Origin: Camelus ferus
Taxonomy: Eukaryota
Reading direction: 5' to 3'
Length of the DNA: 64,000 nucleotides
NCBI RefSeq assembly: GCF_009834535.1
Contig: NC_045696.1
Span: forward strand, 49,540,001 to 49,604,000
Shown here: one piece after another, positions 35,807-48,780 of the stretch
How the letters are laid out: each line of letters begins with the position of its first letter
Position numbering within the stretch: position 1 is the stretch's first letter
The notes under the pieces: model-generated
Databases searched by the model: none
Seen by the model: only the letters and a program-made list of their open reading frames with translations
Told to the model about the DNA's origin: nothing
Position numbers and translations under genes: made by a program

Positions 35807-38800
35807 AAAATATATGTCATGGCTTATAGAGAAATGTACAGGTGAAATTGTACCATATCTTTGAAAACGCCCCAGGTCTCTCCTCAGCCCTGCTGCCCCT
35901 AGGATTCCCTCTCTCTTTCCCCTTCCCAGTCTCTCTCAGCCTTCCCTCCTGGCTCCCAACCTCCCTCCCCTTCCTCCGCAGAACAGTTTAGGTTTTTCTA
36001 AGCTTCTGTCTCCAAATGTGCACACCCCCACCCACTGCTTAATCCTGCTGCAAGTATGCAAAAGCCATTAATGCCAAAGATGAATATTTCAGTTGTGCTT
36101 GGCAAACAAAAGATACCACAGTTACCAGGACCTCTGCTTAGAGGGTAGCATGGACTGAAAATGACTTTTTTTTTTTCCTTATCACGTGTTCATATTCAAG
36201 ATAAAGAGTTTACTATGTGAGTTAAAGAGAGCGCTCTCTCTCTTTTTAAACATCCTGCTCATTTTGCAAAGTGTCACTGGTGAAAACCTGCATCAGCTGG
36301 CACCAAATTGGCAGATGTCCCAGCGACTTTGACATCCCATGTTCATGGGTCCCTTCAGCCACTGCTCCGCTGCTGTGCCCCTCAGCGTAGCTCTCCCTGG
36401 AAGCCCATGGTGCTGCCAGAGCTGCTGTCAAGAGGCAGAGAGATGCGGGGAGGGAGGTGAGCTGGTGACAGCTTCCTCTGGAAGTCAGAGCCGAGCAGTA
36501 AGGGACCTGGAGTCCAGCTGGACCAATGCTCTTGGAAGGGCCATAGAGGGGTCCCTGCATGTTCCTTGTCACTGGTTGAGTCTGAGAGTGGACCCTGACG
36601 CTGAGGGAGTGAGCAGTTCCTAAATGGCTCTTCTTTGGAAACTCGACCTTGCTGAGAAGCTCCATGTGCAACTTAAGACATATGTTCTTAGTCATTTATA
36701 AAATTAAATAGTGGTCTCTCCAAACCTTAGGAGAATATCCAGAGTTCTTGATCGAATGACCTTGAGTGGGAATGTTTTGATTGCCTTATTTTTAGTACTT
36801 TTGAAAAAAATTTTTCTTAAAAATCACAGGTTCATTAAAACACAAACACTTTTAGTAAGACCGTGTGTTTGAGGGCCCAAACCTCATTTTTTTAGCTCAT
36901 TTTCTAAGAAATATTGTTGAAAGATTTCTTAGAAGTTCTATGAAGATAGAGTCTTCTGGGCTGTATGTAAATCAAAGCATAAAATCCTCTTATTTTCTCA
37001 AAACAATTCAGCCCTTTAAAATGGATTAATACATCCCCACGCTGTCCCCAAAACTCTCCAAGAGGTGGGGACAGAATCAGGAAGAGCTGTGGTTCAGCTG
37101 GGCCTCTCATTTCTGATCCCAACTCCATTTGAGGTTTGTTCTCTCTTCCTCCTTAGGAGATGGGAGAACATTACTCTCTTTCTTTGACTTGGACCCTTAG
37201 CTTTTCTCTCTGTTTATAAAGCCCGATACTGTTCTGTCTTCTGCTGTTTGCACTGACTGTCGTTGGATCTAGTTGAGCCTTTGTTCCCTCCCAGACACAT
37301 TCTTGTCATCGGAGTGGCCTAGCTTCATTAAAATAGAGTGTAAGCAAGATTTTTAGCACTTTTAGTATCCTCTTGTTGTAGTTTTTGGACAGGCAACAGT
37401 CTTTGCAGCTAAGGTCTTATTAATTTTCCCAGCATATTCTTGGTATGTATATTTTACATTAATTTAGAAAAATTGATTTGACATTCAATACCATATTTTA
37501 TGCACTCGTTTCCTTGCAAGCTGCCTGCATTACTCTGGCCTCTCTTGACAGGGTATGGACTATTAATCAGAGACAGAATATGAGATTATAAATCATATGA
37601 CCTAAAGTTCAAACTGAGCTAAAACAGGCAAGTCCTAAATGAACACTCTATTCCTAAACAGAAAAAGCATGCACATTCAGTGTATGTTGAGGACCAAGCT
37701 TGCAGTGGGCCAGCCCATCTTAATTTTGATAGAAGTATTTTGATGAAGTCCTAATAAAAAGCTGGAGTTTAGATGGCTCTTTTAAAAAATAAGCTCAAAA
37801 CAATAATTGTCTTTAAAAGAAATTTTGCAGAATGATTATGTCTATCAGAATCTCTTTATTGATATTAGTAAAAATTCTTCTCTGAAACTGGATTTTTTCA
37901 ATTCTTTTAAGCACACTTTTCTAAGTAAATGAAGCATGTTTTGTTTTGTTTTATTTTGTTTTGTTTTCCCTCCTGAATGAGAGTTTTATCTGGGTTTCAT
38001 TTCGGTTGGGGCAGTTTTAGTGTCAACATATACTCGTCGACATGCACATAAATGCTTTAGCAACTGAGACACCGGTTCCAAACACCTCTGTAGGCATCCC
38101 CACTAGGAAGCTTTGCTATCTAAACATTTGCTGTAACAGCTTGTAAGATTTGTTTTACCTGGAATTCACGACTTAAATCAAAGATCTCATTATGGTGAAT
38201 TCACACGTGTGGGCTAGCAGAAACATTCAAGTTACAGGTGGAGCCAGGCCAGAAGCTGGATAATGTGTTCCACCCCTGGCCCCACTGCTCTCCTGGTAGG
38301 CGCATTAGTGCTCTCAACTTACCACGTTACTGAGTGGAAGTGTCTTCTAAGAAAGTGAAGAGCCTGTGAATAAAATCAGTGAACCCAAGAGGACTGAACA
38401 GTCCATACATGCAAAGAAAAAAACCGAAGTGATAAAGCTCGTTGAGAGAGGTGGGCTGACATAAAGTGGTCATGCTCAGCTTCTAAGAATTGTGCACTAA
38501 TATTTTCAATGTGTAGGAAAATACAGAAAAACTTCTGGAAGTATTACTTCAGATTACTGAAGAAAACTTCAGAAATACTGGCATTCAGTGTTTAAAATAC
38601 TTTATATTTGGAAAGATTCTTTATGAATGGTTATATGAGTGTTTGAGTGTTTTAATGATATTTATTAAAACTGTAGGGTTTTTTTTTGATGGGTTAGGAA
38701 AGCATGACTGTTTTTCCATTTCAAATAATGGATTATAGGTTTTCATGCTCCAAAAATCTGCTCTCCAGCCTGCCTTTTGCAACAGATTGGATCTGGGTGG

Positions 38801-39264
38801 TGGAGGGGGCGGGGGATTGTGTGTTTATTTTTCTTTAGAAATCCCTTGAAGATATGTCATTCTATGATGTTAAAAATTAAAAGTTCAAGAATACCCTAGA
38901 TTCTTTCTCCTATATTTTCAAATTGTATAAACACTGACTTGATTTATTCCTCAGTTCTTGACATAGGAGCAGACTAGAGATCACTTATAATTTTACTTTT
39001 AGTGCCCGTTTATATTTAACCTGTATAGTACTGTGATTTGAATTTATTCCTTTTGATGTTGATCCTGGATGTAACCTAAAATAAATCCCTTTAAACTGCA
39101 AACTTCATTTTTCTCAGGTAACTGCCACACGAGATCCCTGAAGATAAATATTTAATGAGGTTTCACAACATTATTTAAAAATCAGAATTATTTTTTTCTC
39201 AGGTAGTATCATTCAAGTAGAAGATGACACAGATTCCTTAATAATGAAAAGTACTACTATTACT

Positions 39265-39490
39265 AATAATAACATGTTTGAGCTCATTCTGCTGGCCAGG
39301 GACTCTTCTGAATGCTTACTCGAGTTGATCATTTAACCTTTACTATAAACCATTGATTTCTGTACTGTTGTCCCCATTTCACAAATGAGGAGACCGAGGC
39401 ACAGCATTTCAGTCACATAGCCAGTAAGCAGTAGAGCCAAGATTATGAATTTAGGCAGCCAGGCACCAGAACCCATGCTCGTAACCACTG
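39265..39490 (-). mobile_element. MIR SINE
   Basis: 'ccccatttcacaaatgaggagaccgaggcacag...gtcacatagccagtaagcagtagagccaagatt'. Confidence 0.75.
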
Positions 39491-39894
39491 TGGGAACCTC
39501 CCTTTAGTTTTTCCGGGGTTGTGGTGATTCATTAAGTTAGGGCTCAGGGCTCACCATTTGTAAATCTCTTCTTGCTGAACTGGTATCTTGTAAACTACAA
39601 CCCTGGGTTTTTCAGGGCTGGTAGGTTTGATGAGTCTGGAGATGCCAAGTGGGAATATTTAAAGGATCACTGGAAAAGAGAGAACTGAGTTGGTTGGGAA
39701 CCATTAGTGTCTAGAGGCAGGGGGCGTGAACAAAACCTTATGATGCCGGGTCAACTTATGGATGGTGTCCAGTGGGAAACAGTTATTGGAGGCATTGAGA
39801 GACATGCCAATTAAGGATAAAAGAGGTGCAGGGGCTGAGATCCAGCCCAGACAAATCAGATGTCCATTTGGCTGCCAGGGAGCTCAGTCTAGAG

Positions 39895-40119
39895 TGATAT
39901 TTCTCAACCTTTGTTTCTTTATTGCCATACTAAGTCTTTCTAGCCATTTCTACCCTGCTCACCTCCCCCACAAAAATGAAATTTTATCACAGATATACTA
40001 TACAGTATCTGTTTAGATACTCTCTATATACTTTATACATTAAAAGAGTAAGATTTTTTCATCCCCCAAGAACCAATTTTTGTTCCCTTGGGGCAGTGTC
40101 ACCCCACTGAGAGTGCATA
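39895..40119. mobile_element. hAT-Charlie-type MITE with 8-bp TSD
   Basis: Termini 'tttctcaacctt' and 'ctgagagtgcat'. Flanked by GTCTAGAG (39887-39894) and GCCTAGAG (about 40120-40127), matching the NTCTAGAN hAT target preference. Confidence 0.75.
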
Positions 40120-41176
40120 GCCTAGAGGCACCAACAGCCTGAATGGTGTGAGTAAACACAGGGTGGGAGGGTGGCCGTCAGGAAATGGACTTGGAGGGGG
40201 CTGACGGGCTTCAACGTTAAAGGGCCCATCAAAAGGCAGACTAGTACCTAAGGGAGGCGAGGAAAAGAGATTTTCTTAATTAGACGTTGTTTGTCCTGGG
40301 GTCACCATCCCCACCTCCTCGGATGCCACCCAGAGATGAGACAAAGATTTTCGCTCTTTCTCATATTCTTCGTTGAACTCTTGTCTCATTCTTCCTCCAT
40401 GGCTCTAAGTATAGTTGTTGCAGAATCTGAAATGCCATTGTGTTGTGATGATATATATCATTTCAGGGTATGTGATTTGAATTCCTTTTGTTTTATTTAG
40501 AGACCAGGTTCCTAAGAAGCTTGCTTTAAATTCTTTTTGATTGAGTCCAGCAAAATGGCTCCAATTCCAATTTGCAAGAAGTGGGTAATGAAAGTACTTT
40601 AACTAAAAACTCTTGTGTGCTCACTTGAGATCACCTAATTCCCAAATTGCAAACCTTAGAAAGAGTCAAGCAGCAACTGGTGTTTCAGATAACGAGCAAA
40701 CTGGCTGTCCCTGGTCCTTACAAGGCCAGCTCATTTCTCCTACCTGGTCCCTTAGAAATAACCCTAACACTGGGTAAACATCTTGCTAACCTTTTCTCAT
40801 TCAAATGTCTCTTTCCTTGTGATTTTGCTGCCTCAGTGACTTTATTCTGAACTTTGTAACCCAGCACACCTCTTAAGAGCCCTAATTTACCTTAAATATC
40901 CTCATCTAATTATGTACTAGAAGGCATGATAAAGAAAGCAAGGCACCCCATTATTTTTCTTCTCCACAAACAAGCTATGGTTATTCATCTGGTTAAAGGG
41001 TAAGAGGGATTCCTAGAACAGGAAGGACGGTGAAGAGAGTTTCTATCCAGATATGGGAAAGGCAGGCCACCAGAGGTTATTATTTAAAGATTTTAAAGTA
41101 CTAGAAGACCAACCAGAGAAGCTGATCGTTAGAAGTCAGAGAGCTTGTTGGCAAAGAAAAATCTTACAGCTACGGC

Positions 41177-41358
41177 AGCGGGTGTCAAAACTGGGTGCCT
41201 CATGGAAACACCTGAGGAGCTTTTCAAGTTTTCCATTCTCAACTCCCACCCCAGGCAGATTCTGACTCCATGGGTCTCGGGTAGGATCTTGGACACTGAT
41301 ATTTTTTAAAAGCTCCCCCAGGGGATTCTGATGTGCATCCAAGGTTGAGAATCACTGC
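41177..41358. mobile_element. MER5A-like MITE
   Basis: 'cagcgggtgtcaaaactggg...cagattctgactc...tttaaaagctcccccaggggattctgatgtgcatccaaggttgagaatcactg'. Confidence 0.8.
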
Positions 41359-43126
41359 TTTAGATTACAAAGTGCTTTCACATATATTGTCCAGGGTTTT
41401 GTGTCCATAAAGAGAGGAAACAACATTTTTTAGTGCCTTTTGTGGTAATTGTGAAAATGAAAGGATTCCCGAAAAATGTTTCCAAAAATTGGAGGAAAAA
41501 GCCTCAACTTTGTAAGGCTAAAATTAGGGATGGTATCAATCCATGGAGTGTAAAACATTAATGAAGGGCCTGAATATTTCCGTATTTCCGGCTCTGTGTG
41601 GAATATTCTTGAGATGACAACAAAATTCCCTACCCAGTAAAGTCTGAGAGTAGCTACCCAATATTTGATGCCTATTATTTTCTAAAACCTTATTTAGTCC
41701 ATTCTATAAATGAGAAATAATAGAGAAGAGAAGCAGAACATTTGTTGTTAGTCAAAAAGTTTGTTAAAAATATCGTGTTAATATTTCCATGTGCATTTTG
41801 GGGCTGTGCACATGACCTGCATGTACAGACAGACGATATGCCTGGACAGTGATCTTACAGCTTTCAGAGGGTTGTAATTAACAATTCTGCAGGTAAAAGT
41901 GGCAGCTGACAACCTTGGTTGCAGCTGAAGGATGAAGTAGAGCCCACTCTGGGCGCTCAGACTGGGGGAAAAGAGAAGTCGAGTCACAGTGAGGCAGAAG
42001 ACAAGTAAGCTGTGATCAGAAAGTAGGATACTGCATTTTGAGATTTTTAGAAGTGGGTGATGACAAAGCTTGGGCTGTGACCAAGAGAGTGAGTGGCAGC
42101 TACTGTCAATAAGGTAGAGGCTAAGCTATCATTCTGTGTCAACCAATAAGATGGTGTGGAGCAGCAGTACCTCAGATAGAGGAAAGAAAATCTTCCAGAG
42201 CCTAAGTATTTAAGATAAGGAATTTCAATTAATCACCCCTCCTCCTTCTAGTTTCTAGCTAACAGAGAAAAACTAATAATAACAATAGTTAGCATATACT
42301 GTGTATCAGCATTGTTCCAACCACTTTTCATACATTCCAATATTCACAATTTGTGCGACAATTGATACTATCATGCCCATTTTACAGATGAAGAAACTGA
42401 CACATAGCGTAAGCAGCTTGCCTGATGAGTTATAAATGTTGGTAGACAGAGTTGGGGTGAGAGAATAGTTTACGGAAGCTGTCAGCAAAAGAAAGTGCAT
42501 AGAGTCCAGGAGGGGGAACGCCTGCAATGCACGTGTATTGCACACCAGCAGACACCAGGTGCATGTAAAGGCCTGGTGAGAGATGAGGCTGAAATAAAGC
42601 ATTGGAGTCATACTGAAGAGAGTCCTAAACACCAGTGTCCAGAGTTTGAACCTGATTGGGAAGGAGGAGGGAAATGACATGATCAGCACTGTATCTTGAG
42701 GTGGTTGATTTTTGAATGTCAGCAAATTGAAGACAGACTGGACTGAAAGGACAAGTTAGGGTTCTTTTGGTCCGGATTACAGAACAGGTAAAAAGAGGGT
42801 GGCAGTTGAAGGTTAAAGGAAGAGTCATGTTTCACGGCTGTTGTAAAACTCAAATGCAAAGTTTTGGTAGCTGGTTGGATGAAGGGGGCAAGGGGCAGGG
42901 AAGGATTTAAATAGAATCCAAGGTTTTAAGTCTGAGTAACTGAGTGAACTGTTGGTAGAAATCCAGAAGAGGCACTTTGCGAGGGTGATAGGGACAGCGT
43001 AAGTTGCTGGACTTCGAAAATCTGTGTTTTGTCTTGTGAGCAGGCAGGCAGGGTGGAAACACAGCAGGAAGTCAGAAACTTTAAATTTGGAACTCCGGAG
43101 AGTCTGGGCTAGAAATGAAACTTTTG

Positions 43127-43164
43127 TTTTGCTTTGGTTTTTTGGGGGGGGAGAGGTAATTAGG

Positions 43165-43222
<58 letters not shown>

Positions 43223-43312
43223 GTTAATTTAATGAAGGTACTGGGGATCAAACCCATGACCTTGTGCATGCTAAGCATGCGCTTTACCACTGAGCTATAT
43301 ACCCTCCCCTCT
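43127..43312 (-). mobile_element. tRNA-Ala-derived SINE (Vic-1-like) with expanded internal (TTA)n and perfect 17-bp TSD
   Basis: Reverse head 'ctggggatcaaacccatgaccttgtgcatgctaagcatgcgctttaccactgagctatataccctcccc'. TSD TAGAAATGAAACTTTTG at 43110-43126 and 43313-43329. Confidence 0.92.
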
Positions 43313-46300
43313 TAGAAATGAAACTTTTGGTGTCTGCATAATGGTGCTGTGGTCAAAAAAAAAAAAAAAATGGGAAGTGGATGAAATCTCTGAGGGTGTT
43401 TAATAAAGACCGTTGGAAAACATTTAAACTAGGGGACAAGAAGGAGGAAGAGGAGCCAGCAAAGGAGGCCAAAGGAGAGTGGTAACAGACCGATAGGAAC
43501 ACCTAGAAGTATGCGTCATGGATCACAAGGGAATGGAAGTTTCCAGAAAAGAGCTGACTTAGCAAACCCTCAGAGAAACCAAGAATAATAAAGCCATTTG
43601 GAGTCGTTGATTCCAAGGTTATACGGATCAAGAATAGCAATAGAGGGAAAGAAGATGGCCTCAAGCGGGAAGGAGGGAGATCAGGGGAGACAGAGGCCGC
43701 AGGACTGGCCTCTGTTGCAAGAGGGAGGAAGAAAGAGAAGACAGTGGCTTCAAGGGGTAAGACGTGATGGAAAGCGCTTGCTTTGTTCTTATGATAAGGA
43801 GGACCACTTAAACCTAGTTTAGACAGAGAGAAAGGAGCACAGAAAGGGATGAGTGGAGATGCCTAGGCACTGCCAGGGAGTGGCGTCAAAAACACTTCCC
43901 ATGGCAGAAGTCACAGTGGGATGAGGTCCTGCACTGGTTTCTGACCTTATCATAAAACAAGCCAGAACTCATGGGAGCTGCTATCCCTCCCAACCCTGCA
44001 CAGCACTCCTCTTAGACAACAAGGTGAAGACCGAACAAGGTGAAGACCAGTAGAGCAGGGGCTTCCACCTCTTCCGGGGGAAATTCCTGGCATGAATTTA
44101 GTCCATACATCCCAGGGCAGAGGAGGAGGAGAAGCCTTGAAGACTTTGAAGAGTAAAATACCTTCTTTCAGGTATAGGAAGAAGAGGAAACTGATTATAA
44201 ATCTAGGGGGTAAAATACTAAGATTTTCTTTTATAAGTACTATTTGCACATTGTATAACTTGTAAATACTCTGTGTGTGGGGATGGGAGACATTTTTGTC
44301 TCGTTTTTGGAGAAATAAGTAGTCAAATGCACTTAAGAAATTTAATGTTATTTTTCTCACTCTATGTGAATGAGGCCAAAAACTTCCTGGGGAAAAAAAA
44401 AGTACAAAGGCAAAAATATTGATAGCGGTTAATGAATGATTGCTGGCTTTGATGGCTGTAGTTTTAGGTAGGGCAACTGCTATAAAACAGTCAGCAAGCG
44501 ATCTGCTCCAGTGTCCTGTCCTTTCCTGTCAAGGGGAGGAAAGTGGGCAGTTCTGGGCATTGGAGGTCAGAATGGAAACGGGAGCAAAGAGATGAAGAGA
44601 GACTCTGTGTTCCCAGGGGATGTGCACACCTTCCCTCATCCATGGAATGGGCTGGGTACCACGTGTGTCCCTGTGTATTCAGAAATGGTCCCTTGGGCCC
44701 CAGCACTGTCTCACTGCTGCACAATCCTCAGATGCAGAGAAAAGCCTTAGAGGTTGTTAGCACATCTCCCTCTGGACATGAAACTGGGCTCAGCACCAAC
44801 AAGAGAATCCCAGAGGGGATTTGCCTCTCCTCCATGCTTGGGTAATGGCTATGCCCTGATTCCCAGGGAAGAATCAAGTTCAACGTACGCCTCGCCCAAT
44901 ATTACACACTCAAGCCCAAACAGCTGGGCTGCTGATAAAATCTAAAAAGAAGAGAGAACTGGCTGTTCTCCATCTATACATAATGTATTCATAATAAATC
45001 TCTCAATGAGGAGGTATAAAGATCTCCTGTTTCTGTGCAGTCCAGGGAAGCAGAGCGTTCAGCGTGTATCCAGTGAGTCTCGTTAACAGAGACAACCAGT
45101 ATGGGAAATCCAAGGGGACTTGCTCCACGTTTCTATTAGTAACAGCAATTTTTTTTTAACCTGAAATGTGCTAGTAATTTTCTTGCTTGAAAAATTCACT
45201 TTGCCTAAGGATTAATAAATACGCTTTTTCTTAATAGTTATGGAATACCCTCCATGTTCTAAAGACTACATAAAAATAAAGCATCGCTTGTCACCATTTT
45301 TTCTTTTTTTTGCTTTATTTCTGAGAAGATAACACAGTAGAGCCATCCCAGAATGATTTATTTCCAAGTAAATGGAAATAATAAAACCTAAAGTAGTAGA
45401 GTTGTATAAAATCCTGTATTGTGTATGAAACACCTACTCTAAAATTTAGTAAAAATGATAACTGGTGACAGTCAAGAATATTCTATATGAACATGAGAAT
45501 TTTGGCTCTAGTGTGGGCAGCAGTAGTTAAGAACAAGGTTGGCAGTGTCAGAACAAAGGCAGTTTCCTCCTAGATTTTGCTGGCAAAGTGCAGCCACCTG
45601 TATGGAGCCCCCGGGGTCAGGGCCAGTCACCAAGCCAACCAAATAATAATGGCTGACATTCGATAGAAACCAATGACACAATGAAAGGCATTTGTTCGAG
45701 TTAATTTTTACCTTCTTACTACTGAAGTATTTTCTCTCTATAGTTAGAAATGTGCCTCTCGTGGTCACTTAGACTTTACATCAGTAAGATCATCTCAGTC
45801 TCTGGGAGGATTCTTACCCTCTTTAAGGCAGAGAAATAGAACGTGCATTTGATTATTGAATAGCAGATATGGGCTATTAAGAGATGAGTTCAGAAAGAGG
45901 GACATCTAACTTACCCATGTTGAGCTCTTCAAAATGTTTCTCTTATCTGCCAAGAAACCATTCCTACTGACTTATTTTTACAATAGGAAAATAGTATATA
46001 CAAAAGCATAAAAGGAAAATGTTGTGTACAGAAGCATAAAATTCTTTCCTGGAATTTAAATGCCTGCCCCAGCACTGCTGAGGTGGGCTCAGCAGTTCCC
46101 CACCTTCTGTGTCAGCACCTGCGTGAAGACAGCCCCTGCACCACCGGTGAGCATTTTTCTGTGAGCATCACCTCAGCAGCCTCTGGTTTGTCTCTATTAC
46201 AAATAGTCTTCAGCACACATCTTTGTTCTTCCAAACATTAGTGTAGCTCTTTAGAATAGCTTTCCTGAAACAAAATTACTCGATCAAATGACATGAATAT

Positions 46301-46606
46301 TTTAAAGCTCCTCTTTCCAAACACATTTTTAAATAGCTTTCCCAAAAGGGCATTTATTAATTTACCTTACACTAGCAATGTATGAAATTATGGTTTTACC
46401 CCGGGCTAAACAAGCTGCTAATGAGACTGCGTTCCTTTTATTTGTGTGTATTTCATTCCCAGCAAGCTTGAAGAGTCTTACAAGTATTCGTTTACGACAT
46501 TCTGTGCGTGTGTTTGGCTCTTAATTCTTGTGGTTTTCTGATCAACCGGCTTACCCTTCCCAGCTCCAGGCTCAGCTGCTTTTTTCCCGTGTATTGCTTT
46601 GTGCAG

Positions 46607-47067
46607 GCTCCCATGATTCCTTCAGCTACTGGGTAGATGAAAAGTCCCCCGTGGGGCCCGACCAAACCCCTGCCGTCAAACGCCTCGCCAGGATCTCCTT
46701 GGTGAAGAAGCTCATGAAGAAGTGGTCTGTGACTCAGAACCTGAGCTTCCGAGAACAGCTGGAAGCTGGGATCCGCTACTTCGACCTGCGTGTGTCTTCC
46801 AAGCCGGGGGATGCCGACCAGGAAATCTACTTCATTCATGGGCTTTTTGGCATCAGGGTCTGGGATGGGCTGATGGAGATTGACTCGTTCCTCACGCAGC
46901 ACCCCCGAGAGATTGTCTTCCTGGATTTCAACCACTTCTACGCCATGGATGAGGCCCATCACAAACGCCTGATTCTCCGGATCCAGGAGGCCTTTGGGAA
47001 CAAGCTGTGCTCAGCCTGCAGTGTGGAGAGTATGAAGCTGCAGACGCTGTGGGAGAAGAAGTGCCAG
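46607..47067 (+). CDS. PLCXD2: PLCXD2 coding exon 2 (461 nt), core of the PI-PLC X domain
   Basis: Acceptor 'ttgctttgtgcag|GC', donor CAG|GTAGGC. Encodes GSHDS (His57), TQ...EQLEAGIRYFDLRV, YFIHG (His132), HPREIVFLDFNH. Phase 1 in, phase 0 out. Confidence 0.98.
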
Positions 47068-47834
47068 GTAGGCGGGGACAGAGAAGAGCTTCCAAGGGCA
47101 AGAACGTAACTCTCTCTTTCTTGTCACTGGCTCTAAGACAGCTCCCTCCAGGGCTCTTGGGCTAGAAGGCATAGATTGTTTGGTATAACGAAGATCTGTG
47201 CATTGGTTCTTGGGCTCTAGGACAGCATCAAGGGCTCCCCTGGGCACCGTTGAACTGGGATTAACACCTGCCAAATATTCATAACTCGTTGGGCAACCTG
47301 TTGAGCATCTCAGTTGACGCTGGATGGCCTGGCCAGAACCAGCCCAAGGCACAGTTGTGAAATAGGACCAGTTGGCCATTACCATTACCACCCATCTCCA
47401 AGTGAGTCCATTTTCACCCTCATAGTTCCCCTTAGGGATAGTCTATTCCATCCTGCCTTCAGCTCAGTGTCAGATCATCCCTGCCAAATAGCAGTTGGTA
47501 GGTAAGTGCATTGGCTGACAAAGGCGTGTGAAGTAGTTCCTCTTGGGTGTTAACAGTTAACACTGAAAAGGCTGTCTTCACGGGGTTTGGGTCAGAGGGG
47601 GAGACGGAGTTAAGGAAGGAAGAGGCCACAAAGGGATGAAGGCTGGCAGAGCACCCCCAGGTCGAGAAGGGCCCTAACTTTGACCCGTGAAGGACAGACT
47701 CTGGAAAAAAGAGTGTGGGCCTCGGATATATTCTGCTGTGGTCCCAGAGGATGATGGATAGTGCGAGAGGAGAGCTTCAGGAATGGTCAGGCTCTGATAT
47801 ATACTCTCTTTAAAAAAGGAAAATAAAAAAAAAA

Positions 47835-47923
47835 GGTGGGGTCTGGTACAGCTCAGTGGTAAAGCTCATGCTTAGCCTGCACAAAGTCCTGGGTTCAATC
47901 CCCAGTACTTCCATTTAAAAAAA
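47835..47923 (+). mobile_element. Short tRNA-Ala-derived SINE copy
   Basis: 'acagctcagtggtaaagctcatgcttagcctgcacaaagtcctgggttcaatccccagtacttcca' followed by an A-rich tail. Confidence 0.85.
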
Positions 47924-48054
47924 CATTTTTTTTAAAGCAAGTACCTTTCATTCACAGTTGCTCCCTTACACATAAGTGCATTAGCCAAAACATCTTAAAG
48001 AGGCAGTTATTTTGAACTAAGGAAATAACTTTTCATTAGAAATCAATTAAAGAT

Positions 48055-48780
48055 GATTCATCTGCAAATACATGTTGAATACCAAGTAGGTGCCAAGCAC
48101 CATTCTAAGCCTTTGGGATAAATCAGTAAATGAAACAAAGATCCTTGCCTTATGGAGATTTCATTGCGGTGAAGGGAGGTAGGTCATAGATAATAAACAT
48201 GATAAATATACTTTATATAATGTTAGGAAGTAATAAGAGTGATGGGAAAAGAGAGCCAAGCATGGTCAGGGTTCTGTGGGCTGGAGGATTGGTCACAGTT
48301 TTAAATAGGTTGATCAGGGTAGCCCTCATTGGAGGGAGTTAACCTGTTGAGGGAAGAGCTTTCCCAGCAGAGGAAGCAGCCAGTGCAGAGCCCCGACGCA
48401 GGAGGGTACGTGCCATCTTTGAGGGAAAGCGGGGCCGGCCGTGGGTCTGGAGCGCAGACCAGCGGAGGAGGCTGGGCAGGGATGATGGGTGATCGTGGGG
48501 CCTTGAGGGCACGCTGAGGACTCGGCTTTTACTCGAGTGAGGAGGGCTCTGAGCACAGGGTGCTGTGAGCTGACTTGGGCTTTGATGGTATCCCTTTGAC
48601 TGCTGGGAAGAAATCTGGAGCAGAGACAGCTGGGGAAGGAGGGAAGCCAGGGAGGAGACCCTCAGTGGGAAGTGGCCGGATTTTGAATCTGTCAGAAGGA
48701 GGAGCTAACAGGGTTTCCTAACTGTTGCGACTGGGAGGATTTAAGGGTGTTTCCCGGCCTTGGCCTGAGTGCCGGGAAGC
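48055..48780 (-). mobile_element. L2 LINE 3' fragment
   Basis: 'attcatctgcaaatacatgttgaataccaagtaggtgccaagcaccattctaagc...tttcccagcagaggaagcagccagtgcagagccc...'. Confidence 0.75.

Noticed and set aside
46492..46962. 156-aa antisense ORF (also antisense ORFs over exon 3)
   Set aside because: Shadow ORFs expected opposite GC3-rich coding exons; no independent support.
46528..47109. 193-aa ORF as a standalone gene
   Set aside because: It is PLCXD2 exon 2 extended into flanking intron sequence; the real boundaries are the splice sites at 46607 and 47067.
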